This document shows positions 1 to 12,500 of a stretch of 63,531 nt of DNA, one piece after another; positions within the stretch are counted from its first letter, which is position 1, and every line of letters starts with the position of its first letter. Under the pieces are notes generated by a model that ran no database searches, was not told the DNA's origin, and saw only the letters and a program-made list of their open reading frames with translations. A program made the position numbers and the translations under genes. Source of the stretch: Octopus bimaculoides (Eukaryota); assembly GCF_001194135.2 (NCBI RefSeq), contig NC_068984.1, positions 79,611,234 through 79,674,764 of the forward strand, given 5' to 3'.

Positions 1-210
1 ACTTCAATTTATTTAAGTAATGCGAGCATTACCTTAAATGCAATATGAAGAGCAATCTTCAGCTGCACGAAAATGCAGAAAATTACTGTAGAAAAGACAT
101 ATTATAAATGTGGCAACATTTCAAATCCAAGTGGGAGAGAGAGTACATAAAAATCCAAATGTGAGGAAGAATACATAAGTCCATCTTGACATAGCCGAGT
201 CTATCAGTAT

Positions 211-366
211 ACTTTCTAAAGTGGTTGGCATTAGGAAGGGCATCCAGCCATAGAAACCAAGCCAAAACAGACTATGGAACCTGATGTGGCCCCTGGCCTT
301 GCCAGTTACTGTTAAGCCATCCAACCCATGCCAGCATGGAAAACAGACGTTAAATATTGATGATGG
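211..366 (+). mobile_element. RTE-LINE-type 3' tail repeat (AGGAAGGGCATCCAG core, (GAT)n tail)
   Basis: gtggttggcattaggaagggcatccagccatagaaac...catgccagcatggaaaacagacgttaaa-gatgat; the same tail is joined to RTE ORF ends at 16925-17762 and 61225-62657. Confidence 0.75.
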
Positions 367-544
367 AGGCATATTGTAACTTCTCTTATTTCTCTTTGGA
401 TATTAACAGTGTAAATAAAATGAAAGGACTTCAATTAGGAGGCAGAAAAGAAGAAAAAAATGTATAAAACAGGTCATAAGTCAAATTAAAACTGTAACAG
501 TATTGGTTTGTACGGATAAAAATCGATATAGAATTCTTTTATGT

Positions 545-598
545 CCGTCTGTCTGTCTGCATATCTATTTATCTATCAGCACATCTATCTATTTGTAA

Positions 599-642
<44 letters not shown>

Positions 643-690
643 GTCTGTCTATCTGTCTGTCTATCCCTCTGTTGATCTAGTTAGCTAGCT

Positions 691-723
<33 letters not shown>

Positions 724-845
724 GTTATATGTTTATATATATATATATTTGCATCTATCTATCTATCTATTTACCTCTGTCTGTCTGTCTCTCTCTCGCT
801 ATCTCCCCCCCCTCTCTCTCTTTCCCTCCCTCTATCTGTCTGTCC
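545..845. repeat. Compound microsatellite (ATCT)n/(GTCT)n/(CA)n/(TA)n/(CT)n
   Basis: Direct inspection. Confidence 0.9.
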
Positions 846-1281
846 GTATGTTTGTTTTAAATCACTGAGTTTATCATTAGAACATCTATAGATCAATAAA
901 ATTTACTTTCACATTGCTAGATAATTAATTCTCCTTTCTCAGAACTCATTTCTCCATGATGTTGTTATGTCTTGGTAGGTTTTATGTTTTTGTCATTGTA
1001 TTGTTTCATACACTGGTTTTATAGTTCATTTTAACTTCCAGATTTTATTATGTTCTTAACTTATTTCGCAGTAATTTTTTTATGTATGATGAGGATGTAA
1101 AACAGGGCAATACCTATACACTTCTTAGACTCCCTTAGACTAGTGAAGATTTATGATTCTCAAACAGTGCACAATGAATTTTTTTAAAATTTAATTTAAA
1201 ATATAATCTAAGACTTCAGTAATCTATACATTTCTCTTGCAAAACATGTCATCAATAGTTTTGTTATACAAATATAAGAAC

Positions 1282-1575
1282 AAGCGTGACTGTGTGGTAA
1301 GAAGCTTGCCTTCTAACCACATGGTTCCAGGTTCAGTCTCACTGCATGGTACCTTGAGCAAGTGTCTTCTATTCTAACTTCTGACTGACCAATACTTTGT
1401 GAGTTGGTAGATGGAAACTGAAAGAAGCCCTTTATATATAATGTGTGTGTGTGTGTGTGCTTGTCTTCCACCATCGCTTGACAACCGGTGTTGGTGTGTT
1501 TATGTTCCAGTAACTTAGAAGGTTAGCAAAAAAAAAAAAAAGTACTAGAGTCGATTTGTTTGACTCAAATTATTC
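1282..1575 (+). mobile_element. tRNA-derived SINE, family A (internal microsatellite)
   Basis: A-box-like tgtgtggtaagaag, B-box-like ggttcagtctc, body ttggtagatggaaactgaaagaagccc, internal (TG)n; many copies in the window. Confidence 0.8.
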
Positions 1576-1649
1576 AAGGGACAGAAACTAGTCCACAGAT
1601 GTTGTTTTGCACTGGATAGGAGTGCTGAGCTCCCTGTTTGAAAATATAA

Positions 1650-1762
1650 CGACACAGATAGTGTATCGTATAAGCTAGCTAGAAATGATGTGTCTTGGGA
1701 CTAAAACAACAGTAACATCGTCCCTTTCGGGACAGCCACATTATGTTGGCAAATAGCCATTA
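1650..1762 (+). mobile_element. Right half of the palindromic MITE seen intact at 50029-50254
   Basis: agctagaaatgatgtgtcttgggactaaaacaacagtaac...gccacattatgttggcaaatagcc aligns by eye with the right arm 50168-50251. Confidence 0.6.
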
Positions 1763-1769
1763 CTTTATA

Positions 1770-1820
<51 letters not shown>

Positions 1821-2901
1821 GTCAGATGGGACCTTGATGACTGCTATAAAGTAGGAAAGTATACTAATCCTTATATATTTAATACTCAATATTTCATATA
1901 TTCAATAAGACATTCAATACTTCATTTCATTTTACTATTTATATTATATATTCCATATTCTATATCCCACATTAATTTTATAAGAATATAAATAAAACAT
2001 AAAAAACGGACAGAGTTGGAACTCTTTTAAGTAATATATTCCTCTATACACTATCATAAAACCCCTTTTTTTATTTTTTATTTTTATTTTCATATATATA
2101 TACACACGCACACACACATAAAATAACAAAGGCAGCTATACACAATATAAAACTAAAAAGGAAAAAATTCAGTTGTCACTAATTGTGAGTGAGGGTGCAG
2201 AGTAGTATTTACATTGCTAGAAATAAGAGTTAAAATCCATTAGAGCTGCAAAAAAGTACATGTCTACACACTGACAGTGAGATCACCATACTAGAATTCT
2301 AGTATTGCTTGAAATTAAAGCTCTTCAGTGATGACTACCCCATTGCTGAATGGTTTGTCCAAATCCTGGCTGTCAGTATATAGTTTTTACTGTAAGAATC
2401 AATGACTGATTCAGCAAAATGGTAATGGGAAAAAATTATAAAATAACAAGGGTGGCTATAATCAATATATACACATTCACATATGAAAACAACACTGATT
2501 AGTTTTGTGTCATATATTGTTTGATGATATATAAAATAGATACACACTCACAAATGCACACACATTTAGATATGTATGTATATGGGTTTTTATCTTTCTT
2601 CAAAAGTGCCTAAATCCTTACAAAATGTTTCATTGTTTTGGAAAAATATAGTCTTTGTTAAAGTTCTTTTCTGAAAGACAATTAAAAAAATAATTCTTCT
2701 CAATATATTTGAGCATATAAAGTAGTTTATTCAGAGCATCTTTCCAATGCTTTTAAAATAAATTGTAGAAAAAGGTGCCTCGTGGAAATATAATCAAATT
2801 TTACAGCAAAATATATAACATTTTGCCATCTTTTAAAATTTTTTTGTTATTTTTTTAAAGGTCTTTTGGTTTTAGATTTTTCTAATGTTTATATATATAT
2901 A

Positions 2902-3332
2902 NNNNNNNNNNNNNNNNNNNNNNNNNNNNNNNNNNNNNNNNNNNNNNNNNNNNNNNNNNNNNNNNNNNNNNNNNNNNNNNNNNNNNNNNNNNNNNNNNNN
3001 NNNNNNNNNNNNNNNNNNNNNNNNNNNNNNNNNNNNNNNNNNNNNNNNNNNNNNNNNNNNNNNNNNNNNNNNNNNNNNNNNNNNNNNNNNNNNNNNNNNN
3101 NNNNNNNNNNNNNNNNNNNNNNNNNNNNNNNNNNNNNNNNNNNNNNNNNNNNNNNNNNNNNNNNNNNNNNNNNNNNNNNNNNNNNNNNNNNNNNNNNNNN
3201 NNNNNNNNNNNNNNNNNNNNNNNNNNNNNNNNNNNNNNNNNNNNNNNNNNNNNNNNNNNNNNNNNNNNNNNNNNNNNNNNNNNNNNNNNNNNNNNNNNNN
3301 NNNNNNNNNNNNNNNNNNNNNNNNNNNNNNNN

Positions 3333-3333
<1 letters not shown>
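2902..3333. other. Assembly gap. Further gaps: 8870-9372, 11993-12120, 19652-19754, 24309-25036, 30986-31450, 36104-36394, 45240-45823, 60897-60904
   Basis: N runs, mostly flanked by (TA)n/(GA)n/(CA)n. Confidence 0.98.
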
Positions 3334-3370
<37 letters not shown>

Positions 3371-3477
3371 TCTGTGTGTGTGTGTGTGTATTAATTATGT
3401 ATACACGCGTTTACATCTATTTATTTTATATCCATTTAAAAAAATTCTTTCACATATTTCCTTATCGTTTTTTGCAG

Positions 3478-3665
3478 AATGGAAATGAAACATTTAATAA
3501 AGGACATATTATGAATGCAGCTTTTAAAGAAGCCTTAAAACTCTTCACATTTCATTGTTGTATATTCCATGATGTTGATCTCATTCCTGAAGACGACCGG
3601 AATATGTACTCCTGTCCAGAATACCCTCGGCATTTATCTGTTGCTATTGACGAAATGGAATACAG
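3478..3665 (+). CDS. B4GALT: Internal coding exon of a GT7 beta-1,4-galactosyltransferase / beta-1,4-N-acetylgalactosaminyltransferase (bre-4-like) gene
   Basis: Acceptor ttttttgcag|AAT and donor TACAG|gtaagt; 188 nt, phase 0 to phase 2. Encodes NGNETFNKGHIMNAAFKEALKLFTFHCCIFHDVDLIPEDDRNMYSCPEYPRHLSVAIDEMEY(R), matching the GT7 motifs FN(R/K)xxLxNxGFxEA, FHDVD (DxD), D..N.Y.C and PRH.SVA.D. The symbol is family-level; the paralog cannot be resolved from one exon. Confidence 0.95.
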
Positions 3666-4304
3666 GTAAGTTTGTTGTTTAGCACTTTATCACAATTTAA
3701 TTACAAGCTATAAGATTTCCAAAGTCTTGGCTTTATAATTCATGGTGTAGGTGTTGAAAACGCTTTTGTTTCTTTTTCCAATTCTTTTACAGGTGTTATT
3801 GAACAGATTTTGTAATATGTTATCTATACAATTTCAGAATGTAATATTTTGTTAATAATATTTGGCCATCTATTGAGAAATTTGTGTCTCAAAATGAACA
3901 TGTATATATATATATAGAAAATCTGTGTGTATTCATAAATGTATATGTGTGTGAGTTTATATATATATATAGAGAGAGAGACAGACTCACAGGTATGCAT
4001 GTATGGGGGTATTCATTTCTTGGGATATATTGTTGGCAAGGAATTTTGTGCATAATAATGTAATCTGCTGCATCTCATACAACAATGGAAAAGTATTGAC
4101 AAGGCTATAGAGAAAAACGGTGAAATATTTTGAAGCTATTTGTTCCTAAAACAGAATAAGTCCACAACAAAATTATGTGTACATTAGTTAATTACAAAAT
4201 TAATCAAATTTATATGTATGTGTTTGTGTGTGTGCATATGTATACATGTATGTGTTCCTGCATATGTGTGTGTTTATATTTCTATATATTATTCATTTGA
4301 GGTT

Positions 4305-4732
4305 GTTGAGGCAAGTGAAATTGAAGCCGAACTAAATTTGATGACTGACACCCATGCCAATGTCGTCTCCTTCATTGGACATGAAACTCAGCTTGCAAAG
4401 ACCTCTTGGGGCAAGCGAAAGCGAAATCGTGATGGTACCTGTGCCAGCATCGCCTTTCTGGCACTTGTGCGGGTGGCACATAAAATACACATTTTTGAGC
4501 GTGGCCGTTGCCAGTACCGCCTGACTGGCCTTCGTGCCGGTGGCACATAAAAGCACCCACTACACTCTCGGAGTAGTTGGCGTTAGGAAGGGCATACAGC
4601 TGTAGAAACTCTGGCAAATCAGATTGGAGCCTCGTGTAGCCATCTGGTTACACCAGTCCTCAGTCAAATTGTCCAACCCATGCTAGCATGGAAAGCAGAT
4701 GTTAAACGATGATGATGATGATGATGATGATG

Positions 4733-4735
<3 letters not shown>
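4305..4735 (+). mobile_element. RTE LINE 3' UTR/tail fragment
   Basis: Reverse complement of 16940-17510; repeated gtggcacataaaa motifs, AGGAAGGGCA core, (GAT)n tail. Confidence 0.85.
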
Positions 4736-4782
<47 letters not shown>

Positions 4783-4825
4783 CTGCATGTGCGTGTGTAT
4801 GTGTGTGGTTTATATATATATATAT

Positions 4826-5035
4826 CATCATTTCATGTCCGTTTTCCATGCTAGCATAGGTTGGATGGCTTGACAGGAATTGGCAAGGCCAGGCCCACTC
4901 CAGGTTCCATAATCTGTTTTAGCATGGTTTTTCTACAGCTGGATGTTCTTCCTAATGTCAATCACTTTACAAAGTGTACTGGGTGCTTTTTGTGTGGCAC
5001 TATGTTACCAGTGTTTTTTTATATGGCACCTTGCT
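4826..5035 (-). mobile_element. RTE-type 3' tail repeat
   Basis: ttccatgctagcataggttggatgg...ttctacagctggatgttcttcctaatg is the antisense of the tail family. Confidence 0.75.
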
Positions 5036-5887
5036 TTTAGGGTGGTGTTGGGTTTTCTTGAGTGCAGCAATGCACAACATATTTCATAAATCAGCAGAAA
5101 ATTGCAAAAGTGACTCATAAACATTGTTTCATAAGTGCTGTGCATATAATTCTCAGATTTTGAATCACTTGACTAATTTTTTGCTGAAGATAAAATGAAA
5201 AATCATATGCTGGTATATGGAAGTTCTATTTTCCCTGTTTGTTCTCCCAAACCCTTAATTATGTGTGCACACACACATGCACACACCCATGAGTGAAAGT
5301 GGCTGCCAACGCATTTGATAGGAGTTACATACACAATTTGATAACAGTTTGAAGCAACTTAGACTTTTGTAAGCTTCTAAAATGATCCTATCTTGTGAGT
5401 TGAAGGTAATTTCTAAAATTACAGCTCTAAATGAAACATTGCTATGCAGGTTGTTATAACACAATAAATAAAGATGAAATTTCGATGGACTATTTTTAAC
5501 AGCAAAATGAATATAAATACATGTCAGAGACATAACAGAATGATCTAGAAATTTAGAGACTCACTACATCAAAACAATTAATAACTTTGATAATTTTATA
5601 CAGAGTGATGTAAAGTTTTGATGAAATTAGACAACAAATTTAATTAATTAGAACTGAAGCCATAAAATTTTGAAACAGGTGAAATTAATCAACTTTAATC
5701 ATAAACACACTGGCCTACTCAGTAATAATAGAGTTATAAAAAAAGCAGGAAAAAAGAAACTATATTATTGATCTAGGTCTGAGTGCTGGTTCTTTCTCAC
5801 ATGTTGGTCACCTTTTGAAGAATACATTTGTTTTCAGTATGTTTTGGAGTTTCTGACAAAGTAATTCTTAGTAGAAAAATATCATTA

Positions 5888-6155
5888 GGATGATGATGAT
5901 GATCATCATAATTTAACGTCTGTTTTCCATGTTGGCATGGGTTGGATACCTTGACAAGAGCTGGCAAGGGCAGGGGCCACACCAGGCTCTACAGTCTATT
6001 TTGGCTTGGTTTCTATGGTTGGATGTCCTTCCTAATGCTAACCTCTTCACAGAGTGTGCTGGTTGCTTTGGTACCTTCATCATAGCTTTTTATGTGATAT
6101 ATCACTGGTACTTTTTATGTGGCACAAGTACCAATGCGTTTTACGTGGCACCTTG
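5888..6155 (-). mobile_element. RTE-type 3' tail repeat
   Basis: (ATC/GAT) tract, then tttaacgtctgttttccatgttggcatgggttgga...ggatgtccttcctaatgc. Confidence 0.75.
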
Positions 6156-6269
6156 GTTTTAGTATATCAATCCTGTTGTGGTAGGCATGTCCTCTTGAGT
6201 ACAGCAATGCACAATATGTCTATGTCCTTTGTCATTTTCATTTCCAGAATAGTTCTCTTTTCATTACTG

Positions 6270-7340
6270 TTGCACTCTCAGAAAGGGTACTCTCAGGCAA
6301 CTTATTCATGATTTCCAAAGTTTCCATTATTCTCTTACTGAGAAAACCAGTTGTAAAATTTCTTTCTATCTCCTGCAGATCTTCAATATATAAAGTCTCC
6401 TGATGGCCATTTTGCAATCTCTCTTTATTGTCTGACTCAAAGATGTATTGATGATGGCTACTGCTACATTTTCTTCATCAAATTCCATGAAATCTTTGCA
6501 AGCTTCTGAACATAGCCTCTTCATGCAGTCCTTGGCCTTTGTTTCAGCCTGCTTTCTCATTATTTATGACCTTCATGTAGTAGTTTTTCAAAACATTCTT
6601 CATAGTTTATCATTGCCATTTCTTTCTACAACAAGTTGTTTAAAAGTGCACCAAAGAAAATAGGTAATCACATGAGAAATTACTCTGTCATCCCTGAGCC
6701 AAAATAAGGAAGAGGTTTTCAGTAACAAGTAAACTACTTTGACACCAATGTAGGTTTGAAAAGTATTGAGATTCTGAAGATGGCCTGCAACAATATTAAT
6801 CACCAACAATGTCTTAGACACAAGATTGTTTCCTTCACTATATCTTGAATGATGAATAAAAATATGAAACACACTATTATGTTAAAATTTTTATTTCTAT
6901 TTCAAGTCATCTTGTTTGATTTTTAAATCACAGGCAAATGTATTTTTCTGTTTCTCTTTTTGGTTGCGGCAGTTCTGAATGATAAACTAGCATAAGCTTC
7001 AGCTTGCAGTCTTCTGAAGCATTACAACCAAGTAGAAGTGTTAAATGGTCTTTTCCAACCTTGAACTCAGGAGTGTATTTTCTTCCCATGCAATGAGTGC
7101 TGATGGCATTCTTTACCAGAAAAAAAGCAAGTTGGGTGTGTGTGTGTATTGGTGGAGTAGCTGCTATGTTTGATGATACTCTTAAGAGCCTGGAAAATTA
7201 CTTTGATGCCTAAGTATCTGCACATACAGCTACCCCAGGACGTATGAATGCTGTCTTCTATGTTATGTTGTTGTTTGAATATATCAAACAACCTCTGAGA
7301 GTTGCGAATGGTTCTAGATTATTTCTTTCTTGCATGCGTC
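6270..7340 (-). mobile_element. Degenerate Tigger/pogo (TcMar) transposase remnant
   Basis: Minus-strand translations PEFKVGKDHLTLLLGCNASEDCKLKLMLVYHSE (cf. PGFKAAKDRLTLLLGGNASGDFKLKPLLVYHSE), NNLVSKTLLVINIVAGH...VKVVYL..KTSSL (cf. KILLLLDNAPGH..VKVVFLPPNTTSL) and KRLCSEACKDF; multiple stops and frameshifts. Confidence 0.8.
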
Positions 7341-7479
7341 TGAAGATGATCTTTGTCTCTCTCATTGTATTACCTTCCCTTAATATCCTCCACCTTTTCC
7401 TCACAAATACTTCTTAATAGTGGGTGCCATTTTCCTCCCTTTCTTTCTCTGTTTTATTTCTGTCTTACAAGTTACATGG

Positions 7480-7672
7480 CAACCTCTTTAGTGCCAGTGG
7501 ATCGAAAGCATAGCACCTTGTACATTCTGTAAAGTGCTTTGCATCAAGAAGGACATTGAGGTGTAGAATGCCAAATATGGCATTGAGCTCAGTGCAGTCC
7601 TGCAACATGCTAGATCCCTGTCAAATCATCCTACCTATGCAAACACAGAAAACAGATGTTAAATGATGATGT
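7480..7672 (+). mobile_element. Diverged RTE-type 3' tail repeat
   Basis: aagaaggacattgag...tcaaatcatcctacctatgc...cagatgttaaatgatgatg. Confidence 0.55.
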
Positions 7673-8824
7673 CATGGTGTGTTTTGTTTTCCATTTATAC
7701 AGCAAAATATTTCTTCCCATTCAAAGTCTAACTTCAGACTAAAAATCAAAAGAGCATCTAAGTGCTCACTTGACCTGCTGAAAATAGCATCTAGATTTCT
7801 CTCAAATCATACCTTACCATCTTAAACAACGACAGGGTGCATTAAATAATGAAGTTCAAGGTACTGCTATAATGTAGTTCAAGATGCAGTATTATCATAG
7901 CTGGCATGCCTTAACAATAATGACAATGATATAACCCTTTAAAAGCACATCAAAAGAATTACAAAGTCATATATGTTATGAAACCTGAATGTAATTTCTG
8001 GTGTTACCAATCAGCTTTAATTATTTCCTAAAAATTGAAATTGCCACCACATACACAAACTTAGTCCTATTTAGCTAACTCTCCTATTGCCATCATTACA
8101 GCATGCAGTCTTCAAAATAATTTTAATCTACCCTGATCATTACATAAATCCCAAAGTCAAGCAAACATTACACTATGGCATGTGAGATTTAGTCCAAGAT
8201 TAAGTGTAACACTAGAGGACTCAGAAATGGTCAAGTAGTTAAGATGGCCACTTAGTAATCAAAACTCTGGATTCACTCTCGTTGCATGAGATTTTCGGCA
8301 AGCGGCTTTTATCATAACCTTTGGCTGTTCCAAGTTTTGTGAGTGAAACTGAGTTGACAAAAATTGTATGATGGCTTTGGATGGATTGTACCTGTAATTC
8401 AAAGGTCAGGTGCATTATGCTAATTTGATCAGAGAATTATGTTTGGGGTACGGGTAGTGTTATAGTAACGATGCTCAGCACCCAAGGTCAAACACATTTC
8501 CTGAAATGTTTTGATTATTTGGTTTGTGACTCATTACCTAATTACTTACTGTGACTCATTACCTACTAATTAATTACTGGCATTACATGGACCTAAAATA
8601 AAGTCACAATGAAACATCTCTATTATAACTTTTAAGCATGCTTACATTGTGCTCCAAAAACTGCCACCTTTTTTCTCACTTCCTGCTATGCCTTTGGGTA
8701 CCTGTGGAATATTTGGTCACTTACATATTAACTAATTTAAGAAGGCAGCTCTCTGATCAAATAGTTGAATCCTCATTACTGAAATCAGTGGAGGATCCAC
8801 AATATAATGTGTATATACATATAC

Positions 8825-8855
<31 letters not shown>

Positions 8856-9372
8856 CATATATATATATANNNNNNNNNNNNNNNNNNNNNNNNNNNNNNN
8901 NNNNNNNNNNNNNNNNNNNNNNNNNNNNNNNNNNNNNNNNNNNNNNNNNNNNNNNNNNNNNNNNNNNNNNNNNNNNNNNNNNNNNNNNNNNNNNNNNNNN
9001 NNNNNNNNNNNNNNNNNNNNNNNNNNNNNNNNNNNNNNNNNNNNNNNNNNNNNNNNNNNNNNNNNNNNNNNNNNNNNNNNNNNNNNNNNNNNNNNNNNNN
9101 NNNNNNNNNNNNNNNNNNNNNNNNNNNNNNNNNNNNNNNNNNNNNNNNNNNNNNNNNNNNNNNNNNNNNNNNNNNNNNNNNNNNNNNNNNNNNNNNNNNN
9201 NNNNNNNNNNNNNNNNNNNNNNNNNNNNNNNNNNNNNNNNNNNNNNNNNNNNNNNNNNNNNNNNNNNNNNNNNNNNNNNNNNNNNNNNNNNNNNNNNNNN
9301 NNNNNNNNNNNNNNNNNNNNNNNNNNNNNNNNNNNNNNNNNNNNNNNNNNNNNNNNNNNNNNNNNNNNNNNN

Positions 9373-9424
<52 letters not shown>

Positions 9425-9699
9425 GAGTAGATGTAAGGACAAGTAAGTTAGTCAAGTCGATATGCAAAAAACACTCCTCTATCTGGTCAAATTTAAATCT
9501 CTTGAACACTATGAAGTATATTCTATACAGAGAATACCTGTCTCTAATCTATCTATCTATCTGTCTGTCTGTCTGTCTGTCTGTCTATCCATCCATACTC
9601 CAGAGTATTGATGTTATTGCCGAAATTAGCCATGAGTCAGTTTCGATTGCACAGGCCTATTGTCAAAGACATACCAGGAGATGTGTGATGATTTGCTGT

Positions 9700-10005
9700 A
9701 TGTGATAAGATCCGTCAAGCTAAGTGAAATCGTCTTCCACATATACAGGCTTTCCCTTTGAGGTGTTGGTGCTGCATTAAGGCACCCATGCCGGTGCTGC
9801 ATAAATGCACCCATGCAAGTGGCCCATAAAAAGCACCCAGCACACTCTGTTAAGTGGTTGGCATTAGGAAGGGCCTCCAGCCATAGAAACCATGCCACAA
9901 CAGACAGTCTAGAGTCTGGACAGTTCCATGCTAGCCAGCTCCATGTCAAACTGTCCAACCTATGCCAGCATGGACAGCAGATATGTTAAACGATGATGAT
10001 GGTGA
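9700..10005 (+). mobile_element. RTE-type 3' tail repeat
   Basis: gatccgtcaagctaagtgaaatcg...aagtggttggcattaggaagggcctccagccatagaaac...gttaaacgatgatgatg. Confidence 0.75.
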
Positions 10006-10325
10006 TGATATCAGCTGTTATAATCCTGTCTATTTTAAGATAGTTAAGTACTGATATTTCTTGTGGGTCAAGTTACTATGTTGCAGTTTCTTTGTCAGAG
10101 AGTTACTTGTATATGTGATAGCTCTATGTAATTCTAAGAACAACTGAAATTACATTTGGTGCAATATAAAATCTACAGAAACAATTTAGGCCTTATTTTG
10201 TTTGGTATTTTGTTTCCATTTTTAAACAATATCTCACACATAGAGATAAAGCTTTGCTCTGTCCACAAAACACCATTGTAAGCTTTCAAAAAGATTAACT
10301 CGGAATTCTCATATTTCTTTCTCAC

Positions 10326-10356
<31 letters not shown>

Positions 10357-11318
10357 GTCTCCCCTTCTCTCTATCTCTCCCACTCTCACTTCTCTTTCTT
10401 ACTTAGTATTCCTCCCCTTCTCACATGCTGTAACACACAAAAATCCATCAGTTGTTGTAGATTCCGAATTATCTTCTGCTCAGCTTGTTCTGACTTCTCA
10501 ACCATGTTATCCTTCATGGCATAGAACAATGTTTGAAAGAATGCATAATTTCCTAGGTTATTATGTGAGCTTCTTCGTTGATTTCACCATCGCAGTAAAT
10601 TGCATATGAAGCACAGGTCGCATGTTATGGACTGTGGCAAAATCAGCAGCAGCGGCAGCTGCTCCAGTGTTAGTAGTGGTGTTGGTGGTAAATAATAAAA
10701 TGCTTCTTTCTCCTTATCTTTCATCCTGCCAATTTTGTGGTATTCTATGCACTTGTCTAAATTGCACTGCTGTTGCGGTGCATCTGTACCAATGCATGTC
10801 AAGGGAACAGTTATAATATTTACTATAAGATGGCATTTATTACAAAGTATCTATTTGTTTATCTAATGTGCATGTGCATTGATGTCTTTGTATTTGTGCA
10901 TGCATATCCATGCATCTATATGCATTTGAATATTTGAGTGCATACATTGTGTGTGTGTGTGTGCACATGCATATGTGTAATATGCACATGTGCTTTTGTT
11001 TTACATGATTTATTTTAGTGTTTTTATGATTTATAATTCTTTTTGTTCCCTTTGCACTTAAGTATTATTTTGTATACTTAACATATCTAAACATGTGTGT
11101 GTGGATCTATAAATCATGGTTGTGTGGTGAGGAAGTTTGCTTTGCAGCTTAAGGTCTCAGGTTCACTACCACTGCATGAAACCTTGGACAGTTGTCTTTT
11201 GCTATAGTCTTGAGGTGAGCAAATATATATATATATATATAGTATTAATAATGATAAGGAGAATGGAAATTTTTCACATCCATAATTTTATTTAGCTGTT
11301 ATTTACAGCATTTTTTTC

Positions 11319-11406
11319 AAGACCTACATATGTTTCGACCGCAGTGACTGCACACTGTTGGATATGCAACCTAGCATCATGGCAGGTGCAGTTTCATTAG
11401 GGTCCT
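11319..11406 (-). ncRNA. Degenerate type I hammerhead-ribozyme-like motif (Penelope-type)
   Basis: Minus strand: AGGACC-CTAATGA-AACTGCA..TGCGGTC-GAA-ACATATGT-A-GGTCTT. Stem I AGGACC/GGTCTT, core CUGAUGA with G5>A, stem II, GAA, palindromic stem III, GUA cleavage triplet. Confidence 0.5.
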
Positions 11407-12194
11407 CACCCGCTTCTGTTTCAGAGTGAAACTGAAAGAATTAACAAACTGAGTGAATAAAGTATTTAGTGTGAAGTAGTATTATTTAGTGTGAGAGTAC
11501 TGCTATCAAGAGGAATCTTGACCCAGTGTTCACCTTTACTAAATGTGGTAGCAACACAAAACATGGTCCTGAAAATAGGTCAAAGCTGGATTGAATGTTT
11601 ATGTAGATTTATCATTAATATTAAAAGTTCATTATTTCACTAATTTCAAAGAGTATATATTTCAGTGCAGTGGTATTATATTATGTTTGATTTGGTTTTT
11701 GGTTCTTGCTTTCTCAATTGTTAATGTAATCAGTGACCAAATCAACTTACTTAGGCTAGTGTTATTTTTTTGTCCCTATAACTAAAAGAATTTTCCAGGT
11801 TAGTTATTCTCTGTTTGATAAAACATGAGTTAGAACCTATATAGAAATATTCTTTGTATTCTGAGGAACCTTTGCGCCTGTAAACAACATTTTTAGTTTT
11901 ACATGCACACGCGCGCGCGCACACACACACACACAGACACACACTAACACACACGCACACACACACACACTCACACACACACACACACACACNNNNNNNN
12001 NNNNNNNNNNNNNNNNNNNNNNNNNNNNNNNNNNNNNNNNNNNNNNNNNNNNNNNNNNNNNNNNNNNNNNNNNNNNNNNNNNNNNNNNNNNNNNNNNNNN
12101 NNNNNNNNNNNNNNNNNNNNATATATATATATATAAGAGGGATGACCACTAAGTAGACATCCCTTTTGCTAGAAGAAGACCACCTACGGTCTGA

Positions 12195-12500
12195 CCACTA
12201 AGTTTGGTAGATGGAAACTGAAAGAAACCTGTCATATATGTGTGTGTGTGTCTGTCTGTAGTATTTGTCCCTCCCAACATCACTTGAAGCCCATCATATA
12301 TGTGTATATGTTTGTGTGTCTGACAACTGATGCTTGACAACTGATGCTGGTGTGTTTACATCCCCGAAACTTAGCGATTTGGCAAAAAAGACCAATAGAA
12401 TAAGTACTAGGCTTACAAAGAATAAGTCCTGGGAGTGATTTGCTCAACTAAAAGCAGTGCTCCAGCTTGGCTGCAGTCAAATGATTGAGACAAATAAAAG
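12195..12500 (+). mobile_element. SINE family A (5'-truncated)
   Basis: ttggtagatggaaactgaaagaaacc...gaataagtactaggcttacaaagaataagtcctggg...cagtcaaatgattgagacaa. Confidence 0.8.

Noticed and set aside
2866-3477. Long ORF 2866-3669 as a 267-aa protein
   Set aside because: Everything upstream of 3478 is N-gap and (GA)/(TG) microsatellite; only the splice-bounded 3478-3665 part is coding
7141-7200. + strand IGGVAAM as the next B4GALT exon (FGGV motif) or as a hAT DGA motif
   Set aside because: No LPY, NGF or WGWG context and no splice sites; it is the antisense of the Tigger transposase
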